64,000 nucleotides of DNA from a virus. The stretch is taken from the IMG/VR virus record IMGVR_UViG_3300039065_000016, one strand, 5' to 3'. This document shows positions 43,466-52,576 of the stretch, in pieces. Positions within the stretch are counted from its first letter, which is position 1; each line of letters starts with the position of its first letter. The notes below the pieces were generated by a model, which searched no databases, was not told the origin of the DNA, and saw only the letters and a program-made list of their open reading frames with translations. The position numbers and the translations under genes were made by a program.

Positions 43466-44356
43466 ATGGAACAGAAGGACCAGAACGAACAGACCCAAGG
43501 CGAAGAGCTGACCAAGGAACAAGCAGCTACCCTGCGCAAGGCCGAGAAGGCCGCTGAGCGCCAACGTAAAGAGCGCGAGCGCGCCGAGAAGGCCGAGGCC
43601 AAGGCCAAGGAAGCCGAGCAGAAGAAAGCCGAGCGCGAAGAGAAGCGCAAGGCCGAGCGCGAGAAGAAGGAAGCCGAGCGCGCCGAGAAGGCGAAGGAAA
43701 AGGCCGCCGCCAAGGAAGCCGAGCGTGCTGAAAAGGCCAAGGCCAAGGAAGCTGAGCAGGCCGAGAAGGCCAAGGCGAAGGAAGCCGAGCGCGAGCAGAA
43801 GAAGGCCGAGAAGGAAGCCGAGCGCGCCAGGAAGGCCGAAGAGAAGAAAGCCGCGCAGGAAGCCCAGAAAGCAGCCCGCGAAGAAGAGCGCAAGCGCCTG
43901 GCCGAAGAGAAGAAGGCAGAGCGCGAAGCCGAGAAGAAGCGTCGCAAGGAAGAGCAGGAAGAGCGCCGCGCGAAGGCAGAAGCCCGTCGCGAAGACCTGA
44001 AGTCCAATGGTTCGCGCCGTCCGCGTGCCACCCACTTCATCCCGACCGGCGACGGTCATGGAACCCCGCAGGCCTTCTCGACTCGCGGCAAGGTGTTCGC
44101 TTACATCAACGAGCACTGCACCGTTGGTGAGCCGGTCGAAATCGAATCCTTCGGCGAGAAGGTGGCCCACTTGCTGTACGGCACCTCGGTTCGCAGCTAC
44201 CTGAGCAAGCTGGAAATCATGGGCTGGGTCGATCTGGTTGCCATCGCTTCGAAGGAAGACGAAGCTGGCCAGGGCGATGACGAGAAGGCCGATGAAGGCC
44301 AGGAGCACGACGGTGAAGGTCAGGGCGCCGACGGTTCCGATGGTGAAGAAGAGTAA
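43466..44356 (+). CDS. K/A/E-repeat protein with winged-helix-like C-terminal domain and acidic tail
   Basis: 296 aa. About 170 aa of degenerate AEKAKAKEAE-type repeats, then VRSYLSKLEIMGWV, then a D/E/G tail. Confidence 0.6.
   Translation: MEQKDQNEQTQGEELTKEQAATLRKAEKAAERQRKERERAEKAEAKAKEAEQKKAEREEKRKAEREKKEAERAEKAKEKAAAKEAERAEKAKAKEAEQAEKAKAKEAEREQKKAEKEAERARKAEEKKAAQEAQKAAREEERKRLAEEKKAEREAEKKRRKEEQEERRAKAEARREDLKSNGSRRPRATHFIPTGDGHGTPQAFSTRGKVFAYINEHCTVGEPVEIESFGEKVAHLLYGTSVRSYLSKLEIMGWVDLVAIASKEDEAGQGDDEKADEGQEHDGEGQGADGSDGEEE
43530..43990 (+). repeat. degenerate tandem coding repeats (K/A/E-rich)
   Basis: GCCGAG(CGC/AAG)GCCAAGGAAGCCGAG-type units repeat through the gene. They open ORFs in several frames on both strands. 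Confidence 0.7.
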
Positions 44357-44393
44357 GCCGCCGCTCTTCTGAGACCGAATCGTCTAGCTCTTC

Positions 44394-44424
44394 AAGGGAC
44401 TCATGAAAATGGGTCCCTTTTTTA
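44394..44424 (+). terminator. intrinsic terminator
   Basis: AAGGGAC, 12-nt loop, GTCCCTT, TTTTAT. Confidence 0.6.
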
Positions 44425-44460
44425 TCCTCCCAAGTTCTGTACACTCATAAGGAACATCTC

Positions 44461-45462
44461 ATGATTCCTGATCACAAAGTTATCATCGTGGGAGCCGGAC
44501 TCGCCGGCCTGATCGCCGCGCATCGTTTCCCTCAAGCCCAAATCATCGACGCGGCGACGCCGACGAGCAAGGAACGCCACAACGCGCTCTTGCGGTTCCG
44601 CTCACCAGTCATCGGCCAACTCACCGGCATCCCGTTCCGCGAAGTCACCGTACACAAGGCCATCTACATTGACGGCGAGTTCGTTTCCCAGCCGCGCATC
44701 GACTACTGCAACATGTACTCCAGGAAAGTAACGGGCGGCCTGTCGGATCGGTCCATCTGGAATATGGCGACCGAAAAGCGTTGGATCGCGCCGGCAGACT
44801 ACTATGAGCAGCTGGTCGCTAAGCTAGCGAATCGCATCAGCTGGGGCAGGCCTTTCGACGCCTCTTTCTTCCAGTTCCTTCGCCGGCAAGATGATCACGT
44901 TAATATCATCAGCACAGCACCATTCCGCGCCAATCTGGCTGCGGCAGGGCTGGACCTGGGGATCGACCCGTCATTCGGCGAAGGAACCTCCATCGTCGTG
45001 AGTCGGTACAAGCTTTCCATTCCTTGTGATGTCTTCCAGACGGTGTATTTCCCTGGTCCCGAAGTGGGAACGTTTCGAGCGTCCATCACCGGCGACACCC
45101 TTATCGTCGAATCCGTTACTAAGGGCATCGTGGAGACTGCGGCTGGTGAAATCGAAACCATCGAATGGGACAGCAACTGGGACCTGGATGAAGTTTGCTC
45201 GGCCTTCGGCATCAGGAAGAAGAATCTCATTCCGGACGGCGAGCCGACCGTCCAGACCAAGGGTAAAATCATTCCGCTCGGCCGCGACGAGCGCGAATCC
45301 ATGATCTGGAATCTCACCCATGAAGCCGGCATCTTCTCGCTCGGTCGGTTCGCGACCTGGCGAAACGTCCTTCTGGACGATCTGGTTTCGGACATGGACG
45401 TCATCGAGCGCCTGATGACTTCTTCGTCTTATCAGAAGGCCAAGAAGATGTTCGTGAAATAA
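44461..45462 (+). CDS. FAD/NAD(P)-binding oxidoreductase-like protein
   Basis: N-terminal Rossmann dinucleotide motif KVIIVGAGLAGLIAAHRF. 333 aa. Confidence 0.55.
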   Translation: MIPDHKVIIVGAGLAGLIAAHRFPQAQIIDAATPTSKERHNALLRFRSPVIGQLTGIPFREVTVHKAIYIDGEFVSQPRIDYCNMYSRKVTGGLSDRSIWNMATEKRWIAPADYYEQLVAKLANRISWGRPFDASFFQFLRRQDDHVNIISTAPFRANLAAAGLDLGIDPSFGEGTSIVVSRYKLSIPCDVFQTVYFPGPEVGTFRASITGDTLIVESVTKGIVETAAGEIETIEWDSNWDLDEVCSAFGIRKKNLIPDGEPTVQTKGKIIPLGRDERESMIWNLTHEAGIFSLGRFATWRNVLLDDLVSDMDVIERLMTSSSYQKAKKMFVK

Positions 45463-45476
45463 TTTACACAAAGTGC

Positions 45477-45526
45477 TTTACTTCTGAGCCAGGTGAGAGT
45501 AGTATTCCCTCATCGAAACGCGAAAC
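45477..45526 (+). promoter_or_regulatory. promoter plus conserved leader
   Basis: AAGTGCTTTACT (-35 at 45477-45482), N17, TAGTAT (45500-45505), then the exact CATCGAAACGCGAAAC (45511-45526). Confidence 0.6.
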
Positions 45527-45551
45527 CCTTCAACCAAAAGGAATCGACAAA

Positions 45552-45782
45552 ATGGCCCGCGAAGTAACCTTCTCCACCGACAAAAACACCACCAAGACCT
45601 ACGCCACCAAGGCCAATCTCGAACGCGCCATCGCCAAGGCCGAATGGCTCGGTGAAAGTGCACGCTACTTCATCCACATGACCGAGGATGGCCGCCTGAC
45701 CCCAGTGTTCCTTCTTAACAGCCTTCCTGCGGGAGCTGGCGCGGTGTGGTGCGCCCAGCACGGCTGGAATGTGATAGGTTAA
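45552..45782 (+). CDS. hypothetical small protein
   Basis: 76 aa, downstream of promoter/leader 45477-45526. Confidence 0.55.
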   Translation: MAREVTFSTDKNTTKTYATKANLERAIAKAEWLGESARYFIHMTEDGRLTPVFLLNSLPAGAGAVWCAQHGWNVIG

Positions 45783-46000
45783 TGGCAGTCGATCCTCGCG
45801 AGGCAGCGCTCAAGCGGGCGCTGCTGGCTTTCTTCAGGGCCACAGATGCCCTTGGCGGCGGGAGTCTCACAATAACGGCCCGGATCGTCGGGCCAGAAGG
45901 CGACAGGAAGCTTCGCGCCAGTTATTTCCTGAATGGCGAGAAGCTGAGCCTGTCCGATATCATCGCTAAAGTGGAGGCCGAAGATGGGCCGGATCGTTAA
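45782..46000 (+). CDS. hypothetical small protein
   Basis: TAATG overlap. 72 aa (MAVDPREAAL...). Confidence 0.45.
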   Translation: MAVDPREAALKRALLAFFRATDALGGGSLTITARIVGPEGDRKLRASYFLNGEKLSLSDIIAKVEAEDGPDR

Positions 46001-46202
46001 CATCAAAGTAGTCATTTCTCGCACGACCGAGCGCGACTCCATGGGTGCGCCGTACATCCATGAGTCTTACCGCACTTTCACCTTCGGCGCCGCTACAACG
46101 TTGGTTGCGGCCATCGACTGGGTGAAAAGCCAGTGCCCGGAAATCGTGGATATGATCATCTACGAACCGGAGACGGTGGCTGCTCAGCAGGAGCGCTATT
46201 AA
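45984..46202 (+). CDS. hypothetical small protein
   Basis: 72-aa ORF with short overlaps on both sides. Confidence 0.45.
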   Translation: MGRIVNIKVVISRTTERDSMGAPYIHESYRTFTFGAATTLVAAIDWVKSQCPEIVDMIIYEPETVAAQQERY

Positions 46203-46468
46203 TGTACGCACCAGACCATCCTGAAGAGGTTCCTATGTCTTTCCTCGAAATGCAAATCGACCCGCCGCAAACGCGACAGACAGCGCCGTCTTTCGTGCTG
46301 GTAGGCATCCTGTACCTGATTGGCGATGGACGCCTGGACGATAAGCCTTTCACTTCGTTCAACCTGTCGTTCGGCAGTCGCGAAGAGGCCGAGCGCGCCC
46401 GCGACAAGATTATTGAGCATTACCTGGACCGTCGCGATATTCGCGCCGAAATCATCCGCTGCTACTGA
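46202..46468 (+). CDS. hypothetical small protein
   Basis: TAATG overlap. 88 aa (MYAPDHPEEV...). Confidence 0.45.
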   Translation: MYAPDHPEEVPMSFLEMQIDPPQTRQTAPSFVLVGILYLIGDGRLDDKPFTSFNLSFGSREEAERARDKIIEHYLDRRDIRAEIIRCY

Positions 46469-46479
46469 GGATTACAGTA

Positions 46480-46686
46480 ATGTCCATTGAACTGGTGTAC
46501 CGGACCTCTGATGGCACTATCTTCTCGTCCATGTGCCACGCCGAAGAGTATGAAGACCGTCTGGAGGCGTGCAAATTGCTGGCCGAAGAGATCGACAGAT
46601 ACGGTCTACACAAGGAAGATGCACAAGCGTTGGCCATTGCGCTGACGGAGAAATTCACTTTCACGCCAATTCCGGAAGATTTCTGA
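46480..46686 (+). CDS. hypothetical small protein
   Basis: 68-aa ORF. Its stop overlaps the thyX-like start. Confidence 0.45.
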   Translation: MSIELVYRTSDGTIFSSMCHAEEYEDRLEACKLLAEEIDRYGLHKEDAQALAIALTEKFTFTPIPEDF

Positions 46687-47603
46687 TGAAAATTTCTCTG
46701 ATCAGTTATACTCAGAACGCCTGGGAACTTCTCCTGGGCACAAAATCCACCCGCATGCGCGGCCAAGACCCGGCGACCATGACCGAAGCCGAAAAGCTCG
46801 ACCACTGGAAGTACATGCTGGACACCATTCGCTCGCCATTCGAATTCGTGGACTTCATCTTCCAGATCGAGGGCGTCAGCAAGAATTTCACTCATCAACT
46901 CGTTCGGACTCGGACCGGGGCTTACCAGCAGGAAACCAGTCGCGCTCTGGAGGTTAGCGCCGTTGTTCAGCCGGAAGCGTTCCGCTGGGATTTCGATGAG
47001 AAGGCTACGGCCAATGGTGAGCCGGACCCGACCTATCACGCTCGTGAAGAGCTGAACCGCCTGTGGCATGATGCAATCGCCGACGCGCAGACCAGTTACC
47101 AGAAGCTCTTGGAGGCCGGCGCATCGCTTCAGGATGCTCGTGCCATCATCCCTTCCAACATGGAAACGAAGATCGCGGCCAAATTCAATCTGCGCACTCT
47201 GAGCGACATGGCGAAAGTTCGCCTGTGTGTTCGTACGCAAGGTGAGTATCAGGAAGCCTTCCGCGAAATGCGCCGACTGGTTCTGGAAGTCTATCCTATG
47301 TTCGATAGTCTGCTCCAGCCGCACTGCGTCGCCACTGGCTCCTGTGCCTTCCCGCGCTATGGATCGAAGGTTCTGAATGAAGATGAGATTCATGAGCAAT
47401 CCTGTGACCGCTTCATGTCCGCTCTGGAGACGAAGCCCGGCCAGATTCCTGTTGTTGAGTTGCCGGTGAAACCGATCTATCAGTGCAAGTTCTATCGTCC
47501 ATGGATGGATCGCTCGGCCGAGCAGGAAGAGCTGCGCCGCGAGTTCTGGGGATCGGAGAAACAAGAGGCCAATCCTGTAGCGGTCAATGGGAAGTCAATG
47601 TAG
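46686..47603 (+). CDS. thyX: flavin-dependent thymidylate synthase (ThyX)-like enzyme
   Basis: SPFEFVDFIFQIEGVSKNFTHQLVRTRTGAYQQETSR aligns with the ThyX core and signature (RHRxxSxxxxSxR), but reads RTR...T-S-R. Confidence 0.65.
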   Translation: MKISLISYTQNAWELLLGTKSTRMRGQDPATMTEAEKLDHWKYMLDTIRSPFEFVDFIFQIEGVSKNFTHQLVRTRTGAYQQETSRALEVSAVVQPEAFRWDFDEKATANGEPDPTYHAREELNRLWHDAIADAQTSYQKLLEAGASLQDARAIIPSNMETKIAAKFNLRTLSDMAKVRLCVRTQGEYQEAFREMRRLVLEVYPMFDSLLQPHCVATGSCAFPRYGSKVLNEDEIHEQSCDRFMSALETKPGQIPVVELPVKPIYQCKFYRPWMDRSAEQEELRREFWGSEKQEANPVAVNGKSM

Positions 47604-47604
47604 C

Positions 47605-47796
47605 ATGAAGATCATCATCGAGAAGGTTGGTGATGTCGCACAAGTCGAAGTGACCAACGGCGGCGAATCAATTCGCGTCACCATGAACGTGAAATCGTTC
47701 GATCTGGTCCAGAACGGTGAGCTGTTCCGTCTAACTTCCGATGGCGCTTTCATCGAGAAAACCATCACCCAGAAAGCAGAAAGCGAGGAAATCTGA
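47605..47796 (+). CDS. hypothetical small protein
   Basis: ATG at 47605 just after the thyX-like stop. 63 aa. Confidence 0.4.
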   Translation: MKIIIEKVGDVAQVEVTNGGESIRVTMNVKSFDLVQNGELFRLTSDGAFIEKTITQKAESEEI

Positions 47797-47798
47797 AT

Positions 47799-48839
47799 AT
47801 GGCACGAAAACCCAAGAATGGCATCATGATCTTCGATCTGGACGGATGCGTCTTCGACGATAGCCACCGTAAAAGCTTCGCCCTGGAAAAGCAATGGGAC
47901 GAGTACCATTCCCGCCTCGACAAGGACAAGCTCAATCCGCATGCAGTAGCACGAATCCGTAACGCCATCGACGCCGACCTGATGATTTTCTTCATCACCG
48001 GCCGAACCGACAACAACTATTTCCAGACCAGGGCGAAAATCCATCGCGACCTGGGTATCGCCGAACATCGCGAATATGAGCTCATCATGCGGGAGTATGG
48101 AAGCACCCAGCCGGCGCCGGAGTTCAAGCGCTCAGTCGCGCTAGATATTTTGAAGAAGATCGACGGCCTGACAAAGATCGTCGCGGCATTCGATGACCGC
48201 CAGGATATCATCGACGCCTACAAGGGCCTGGGCATCGACGCCTATATCCTGGACCTGGAAGGCTGCGATGCGCCGTTCTTCGCCGTCGCGGCCGATAGCG
48301 ATCCCGGTAGCGCGCCCAACGACATAGCAGGCGAGCCGTTCCCGGTCGCCCCGGACTCCGCCCCTACCCTCGACGAGGCGTTTGCGCAGGCCCCGTCTCC
48401 GCTCTACGAAGCACCGGCCGAAGAGCCAGCCGAAGAGCCGGCCGAAGAGCCGACCGAAGACGCAGCAGCGCCGTTCGCCATGGAATCCGCCTGGCCTGGT
48501 GACGGTGATGCCGATCCCGATGATTTCGTGGAGGATGTTCTCAACAACCTGTCCTCAGCCGCAGAAATTTTCCGCGACCGCCAGAGCGCTTATGGTCGAA
48601 ATGATCTGATGTATGGCAAGATCATGGAAATCCTCTTCCCGAATGGCATGGTGGCGAAGACCGCAGATGATCATCGGCTCGCCCTGTTCGTGATGCATAC
48701 AGTTGGCAAACTCACTCGCCTGGCGAATAGTGGGTTTGAGGATGACGATTCGGTATTTGACTTGATCAACTATTCAGCGTTCGTCCACGCCACCATGCAC
48801 TCCGGCCGCATCACGCCGAAAGACGGACAGAAGGCATAA
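47799..48839 (+). CDS. HAD-type phosphatase fused to DUF1599-like domain
   Basis: N-terminal IFDLDGCVFDD (DxDG HAD motif I). An AEEPAEEPAEEP linker. C-terminal YGRNDLMYGKI...GKLTRL...DLINYSAF resembles DUF1599. Confidence 0.55.
   Translation: MARKPKNGIMIFDLDGCVFDDSHRKSFALEKQWDEYHSRLDKDKLNPHAVARIRNAIDADLMIFFITGRTDNNYFQTRAKIHRDLGIAEHREYELIMREYGSTQPAPEFKRSVALDILKKIDGLTKIVAAFDDRQDIIDAYKGLGIDAYILDLEGCDAPFFAVAADSDPGSAPNDIAGEPFPVAPDSAPTLDEAFAQAPSPLYEAPAEEPAEEPAEEPTEDAAAPFAMESAWPGDGDADPDDFVEDVLNNLSSAAEIFRDRQSAYGRNDLMYGKIMEILFPNGMVAKTADDHRLALFVMHTVGKLTRLANSGFEDDDSVFDLINYSAFVHATMHSGRITPKDGQKA
48417..48461 (+). repeat. 12-bp tandem repeat encoding AEEP units
   Basis: GCCGAAGAGCCA, GCCGAAGAGCCG, GCCGAAGAGCCG, ACCGAAGAC. 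Lies in the linker of the HAD/DUF1599-like fusion. Confidence 0.8.
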
Positions 48840-48914
48840 ACCCTGCGCCGTTGCGGTATACTCTTCAGGCCGGTCGCGAAAGCAGCCGGCCTTTCGACAT
48901 AAGAGGGAACAGAC

Positions 48915-49469
48915 ATGAGATTCGCCGTATGGGATACTGAGACCACAGGACTCCCGTTCCACCAGAGGGTAAGTCTGAGAAAGCAACCGAGGATCATTGA
49001 ATTCGCCGGAGTGATCACCGATGGCGAGACGATTTTGGATGAAGTCGAGTTCATTTGCAACCCTGGGATTGTGATAGAAGAAATCATTACAAAGATCACA
49101 GGCCTGAAGAATGAAGACTTAATCAAACACCCATCGTTCCTCGATCAACGCCAGAAAGTTCGCGATTTCTTTTCGAAGGCCGACGCAAATATTGCCCACA
49201 ACCTTCCATTCGATAAATTCATGCTTACCTGCGATTTGGCTCGCGGAAAGCTCGGCCTGGAAGAAGTCAACTTCCCATCGCTCGATATCTGTACTGTAGA
49301 AGAGTCGGCGCCATTGTTCGGCCACCGCATGCGGCTGCAGCATCTGTATGAGCACTACTGCGGCCCTTATGTTCAGAAGCACCGGGCATTGGACGACGTG
49401 CGGCTGCTCCACGAAGTTTGCAAGCGCATGGGAGTATATCGAGCATATCAAGCAATGGAGGCCGCATAA
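48915..49469 (+). CDS. DnaQ-like DEDDh 3'-5' exonuclease
   Basis: FAVWDTETTGL (Exo I), HNLPFDKFML (Exo II), HRALDDVRLL (Exo III). TAATG overlap with the polymerase gene. Confidence 0.75.
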   Translation: MRFAVWDTETTGLPFHQRVSLRKQPRIIEFAGVITDGETILDEVEFICNPGIVIEEIITKITGLKNEDLIKHPSFLDQRQKVRDFFSKADANIAHNLPFDKFMLTCDLARGKLGLEEVNFPSLDICTVEESAPLFGHRMRLQHLYEHYCGPYVQKHRALDDVRLLHEVCKRMGVYRAYQAMEAA

Positions 49470-52400
49470 TGTCTTTCCCTCAACTCCGCGTTCGCTCCGG
49501 CTACTCATACGGCGCCGCATATGGCAGGTTTCCGGAAATCATTGAGCGCGCCAAAGAAATCGAATCGCCCTTTGTCGCCATCGTCGATGATGGGACATGG
49601 GGCCACGTCCGCTGGGAGCAGGCTGCCACCAAGGCAGAACTTCCTCGCGGATTCGGCATGGAAATCCCGATCAAATGCGCCGATGATGGTGACAAAGAGC
49701 TGAAACTGAAAGCCTGGGCGCTAGCCAAAGATACCAGAAAGTTCTATCGCCTGACGTCCAAAACTGTCCAGAATCAAGGATTGTCTCCCCAAGAATTCCA
49801 GGATGCTGACGGCGTCATCAAGTTCGCCGGCGAGGCCTATGCCTACTTGGACTTGGCCGGAATCGATTACATTGACATCAATCCTGCGTCGATGGTAGCC
49901 GCACACGGCGCTATGGAGACGGCCAGGGCGTTCGGCAAGCCTGTGGTGATTACCTCCTACAACGACATGCCGTCCATCGACCATGCAGATTTTGCTTCGG
50001 CCTGGAAGGTTCGGGAATCGGTCGGCCTTCGCCACATCGCGACTGAGGAAGAGTTGTGGGCCCGTCTTCGCCATATCATGACCCGCGAAGAGTTCGACAA
50101 AGCCGTTGCCAATACGCATGCGGTGGTCGAGCAGCTGGTCGACGTAAAGCTGGCGAAAGCGCCGATGATCCACCTGGATGGTGATATCGTCGCCCTGGCT
50201 CGCGAGGGCCAAGCCTACCGTCTCAGTCGCGGCCACATCAAGGAATGGACCCAAGTTTACGAAGATCGGTTCCAGGAAGAAATCAAGCAGATTCAGCTGA
50301 AAGACTTCGACAGCTACTTTCTGGTTGTGGCCGATCTGGTTGCCTTCGCCAAGAAGCATATGCTGGTCGGTCCGGCTCGCGGCTCTTCGGCCGGCTCTTT
50401 GGTCTGCTACCTGCTGGGAATTACCGAGGTCGATCCGCTCCCGCATCGCCTTCTCTTCCAGCGCTTTATCGACATTTCCCGTTCCGATCTTCCCGATATA
50501 GATATCGACTTCGCCGATACCCATCGCTATCTAGTGTTCGAATATCTCCAGCAGAAATACGGCACTTGGAACGTGGTAAAGCTTGGGAACATCAACACAC
50601 TAAAGGCCGCGTCGGTTATCGCTCACGTCGGAAAGCGCTTCGGCATTCCATTCCATGACACCGACAACATCAAAAACTCGATCATCGAATATACTTCGGC
50701 GGACGAACGATATGGAAAAGGATTGGAGGACACTTTCGAAAAGACTCAACCCGGCCGCGACTTCCGCGAAAAGTATGAGATTGCGTCCGCCTGCATGGGC
50801 GACCTCGAAATTCACCCATCCCACTCCGGCGTCCACGCGGCAGGCATCCTGGTCTGCAACGATGAAGTAATCGATTTCTGTACGGTTACTTCTGAAGGCG
50901 TCGCGCAGCTCGACAAGCCTGATTCGGAATATTTGAATCTTCTCAAGATTGACGCGCTAGGTCTTCGAACGCTGGGCGTAATTCAAGATGCGAATTGCGT
51001 GACGGCGCAAGAGTTGTACGACTTGCCGCTGAACGACAAGGCGGTTTTGGATGTTCTCAACGAAGACAAGATGTCAGGCATCTTCCAGTTCGAAGGCCAG
51101 GCCGTCCGCTCGGTCGCCAATGCGATAAACATCACCGCGTTCGAAAACATCGACCACATCACGGCGCTCGCTCGTCCGGGTCCGTTGTCTTCGGGCATGG
51201 CCACGAAATACATCGAGCGCGTAGCCGGTCGCGAGCCTGTGACCTATACCATTCCGCAGGTCGAGCAGTATTTGTCGGGGACGTATGGCGTGTTCCTGTA
51301 CCAAGAACAGATCATGTCAATTGTTAAGGACATTGGTCAGTTCGACTGGGAACAAACGTCGGCGATCCGGAAAGCGATGTCGGCGCGGAAGGGCGAAGAG
51401 TTCTTCAACAAGCGCCGAGAATTGTTCATCGAGGGCGCCAAGACCATAGGCGTCGCCCCGGAAGACGCTCACCGAGTTTGGCAGGAAATGGTGACATTCG
51501 GCGCCTGGGGATTCAACCGCTCCCACTCTGTAAGCTATGCCGTGGTGACGTACTGGACTTGCTACATGAAGCGGTATCATCGCCTGGAATACGCGGCCGC
51601 GTGCCTTCGGGCGGCGAAGGACGACCAGCAAACTGTGTCTATCCTTCGCGAATTGGCCAAAGAAGGCGTAGAATATACGGCCCTGGACCCGGAGCATTCC
51701 GAACTCAACTGGGTTGTAGCGGACGGACGCCTGATCGGCGGCATCATGAACGCCAAAGGCTTCGGCCCGGCTAAGGCCGAGCGATTCTTGCGTCTTCGCG
51801 AGGAAGTCAAGGCCGCGAGGATCGCCCTGGCCAATTGCCCGATTTCGGCGCAGGATGTAGAGGATAAGGCCGATGACGTTGCCGCGCTGGAAGCCCAGAT
51901 TCTTTCGGCGAAAGTAAGCAGAGACAAAGAACTGGAGAAGCTACTCAAAGCTGATCTCAAGGAGTTGAAAGCTGAACTGAAGGAGTTGAAGGCGCAATAT
52001 AAAGAGCTGGCCGGCTCCCATCTTAAAACGCTTCAGGATTGGGAGAAAGTTGCCGCGAGTTTGTCGAATTCTGAGGTTCAATTCGCGGATTTGAATGAAT
52101 CTCATACGCTCTGGGGTCATGCCTATGACAATCCTGAGTTGGTTGGGGTGACTTCCGGAAATCCCATTCAGAACATTCGTGATATCCGCGATGGCGACGA
52201 TGGCCTAGTTATCGTCAAGCTGGTAAAGAAAGTTCTGTCGGATGAGAATGAACCGATCCGCCAGAAGAAGAGGGCTGACCAAGGAAAGAATCCGGTGTAC
52301 AAAGGCCAGTCGCAGTTCCTCGATTTGATGTGCGTGGATGACTCGGTTGACCAACCGATTCGTTTCAGGATTCGCCCTGAAAAATATCTTCAGTACGGTA

Positions 52401-52576
52401 AGAATATCGCCGAAGGTACGCCTACCGGCTCTTGGTTCCTCATCAAAGGATGGAAGCTCAGCGGAATCGATATGTTCATCGTGAAGGCCGTCAAGCGGAT
52501 ATTGACCGAACGCGAGAAAGCAAAGTTGGCAGCGCAAGCAGAGAAAGATTCCGAAGAGGGGAATGGCGATGAATGA
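49469..52576 (+). CDS. DNA polymerase III alpha (DnaE)-type replicative polymerase
   Basis: 1035 aa. Palm motif SDLPDIDIDF. The N-terminal PHP region reads LRVRSGYSYG instead of the HxH metal-binding motif. Confidence 0.8.
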   Translation: MSFPQLRVRSGYSYGAAYGRFPEIIERAKEIESPFVAIVDDGTWGHVRWEQAATKAELPRGFGMEIPIKCADDGDKELKLKAWALAKDTRKFYRLTSKTVQNQGLSPQEFQDADGVIKFAGEAYAYLDLAGIDYIDINPASMVAAHGAMETARAFGKPVVITSYNDMPSIDHADFASAWKVRESVGLRHIATEEELWARLRHIMTREEFDKAVANTHAVVEQLVDVKLAKAPMIHLDGDIVALAREGQAYRLSRGHIKEWTQVYEDRFQEEIKQIQLKDFDSYFLVVADLVAFAKKHMLVGPARGSSAGSLVCYLLGITEVDPLPHRLLFQRFIDISRSDLPDIDIDFADTHRYLVFEYLQQKYGTWNVVKLGNINTLKAASVIAHVGKRFGIPFHDTDNIKNSIIEYTSADERYGKGLEDTFEKTQPGRDFREKYEIASACMGDLEIHPSHSGVHAAGILVCNDEVIDFCTVTSEGVAQLDKPDSEYLNLLKIDALGLRTLGVIQDANCVTAQELYDLPLNDKAVLDVLNEDKMSGIFQFEGQAVRSVANAINITAFENIDHITALARPGPLSSGMATKYIERVAGREPVTYTIPQVEQYLSGTYGVFLYQEQIMSIVKDIGQFDWEQTSAIRKAMSARKGEEFFNKRRELFIEGAKTIGVAPEDAHRVWQEMVTFGAWGFNRSHSVSYAVVTYWTCYMKRYHRLEYAAACLRAAKDDQQTVSILRELAKEGVEYTALDPEHSELNWVVADGRLIGGIMNAKGFGPAKAERFLRLREEVKAARIALANCPISAQDVEDKADDVAALEAQILSAKVSRDKELEKLLKADLKELKAELKELKAQYKELAGSHLKTLQDWEKVAASLSNSEVQFADLNESHTLWGHAYDNPELVGVTSGNPIQNIRDIRDGDDGLVIVKLVKKVLSDENEPIRQKKRADQGKNPVYKGQSQFLDLMCVDDSVDQPIRFRIRPEKYLQYGKNIAEGTPTGSWFLIKGWKLSGIDMFIVKAVKRILTEREKAKLAAQAEKDSEEGNGDE

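Noticed and set aside
43400-44308. Several long ORFs in other frames and on the other strand (302, 211, 91 aa) over the K/A/E repeat gene; also considered as a possible CRISPR-like or tandem-repeat locus
   Set aside because: The periodic GCC/GAG/AAG repeats keep all frames open. Only the plus frame from 43466 has a start context, a globular C-terminal domain and a downstream terminator. The repeats are degenerate and contiguous with no spacers, so this is not a CRISPR array.
46452-47564. 370-aa minus-strand ORF opposite the thyX-like gene
   Set aside because: It is antisense to a gene with the ThyX core motif and has no independent support.
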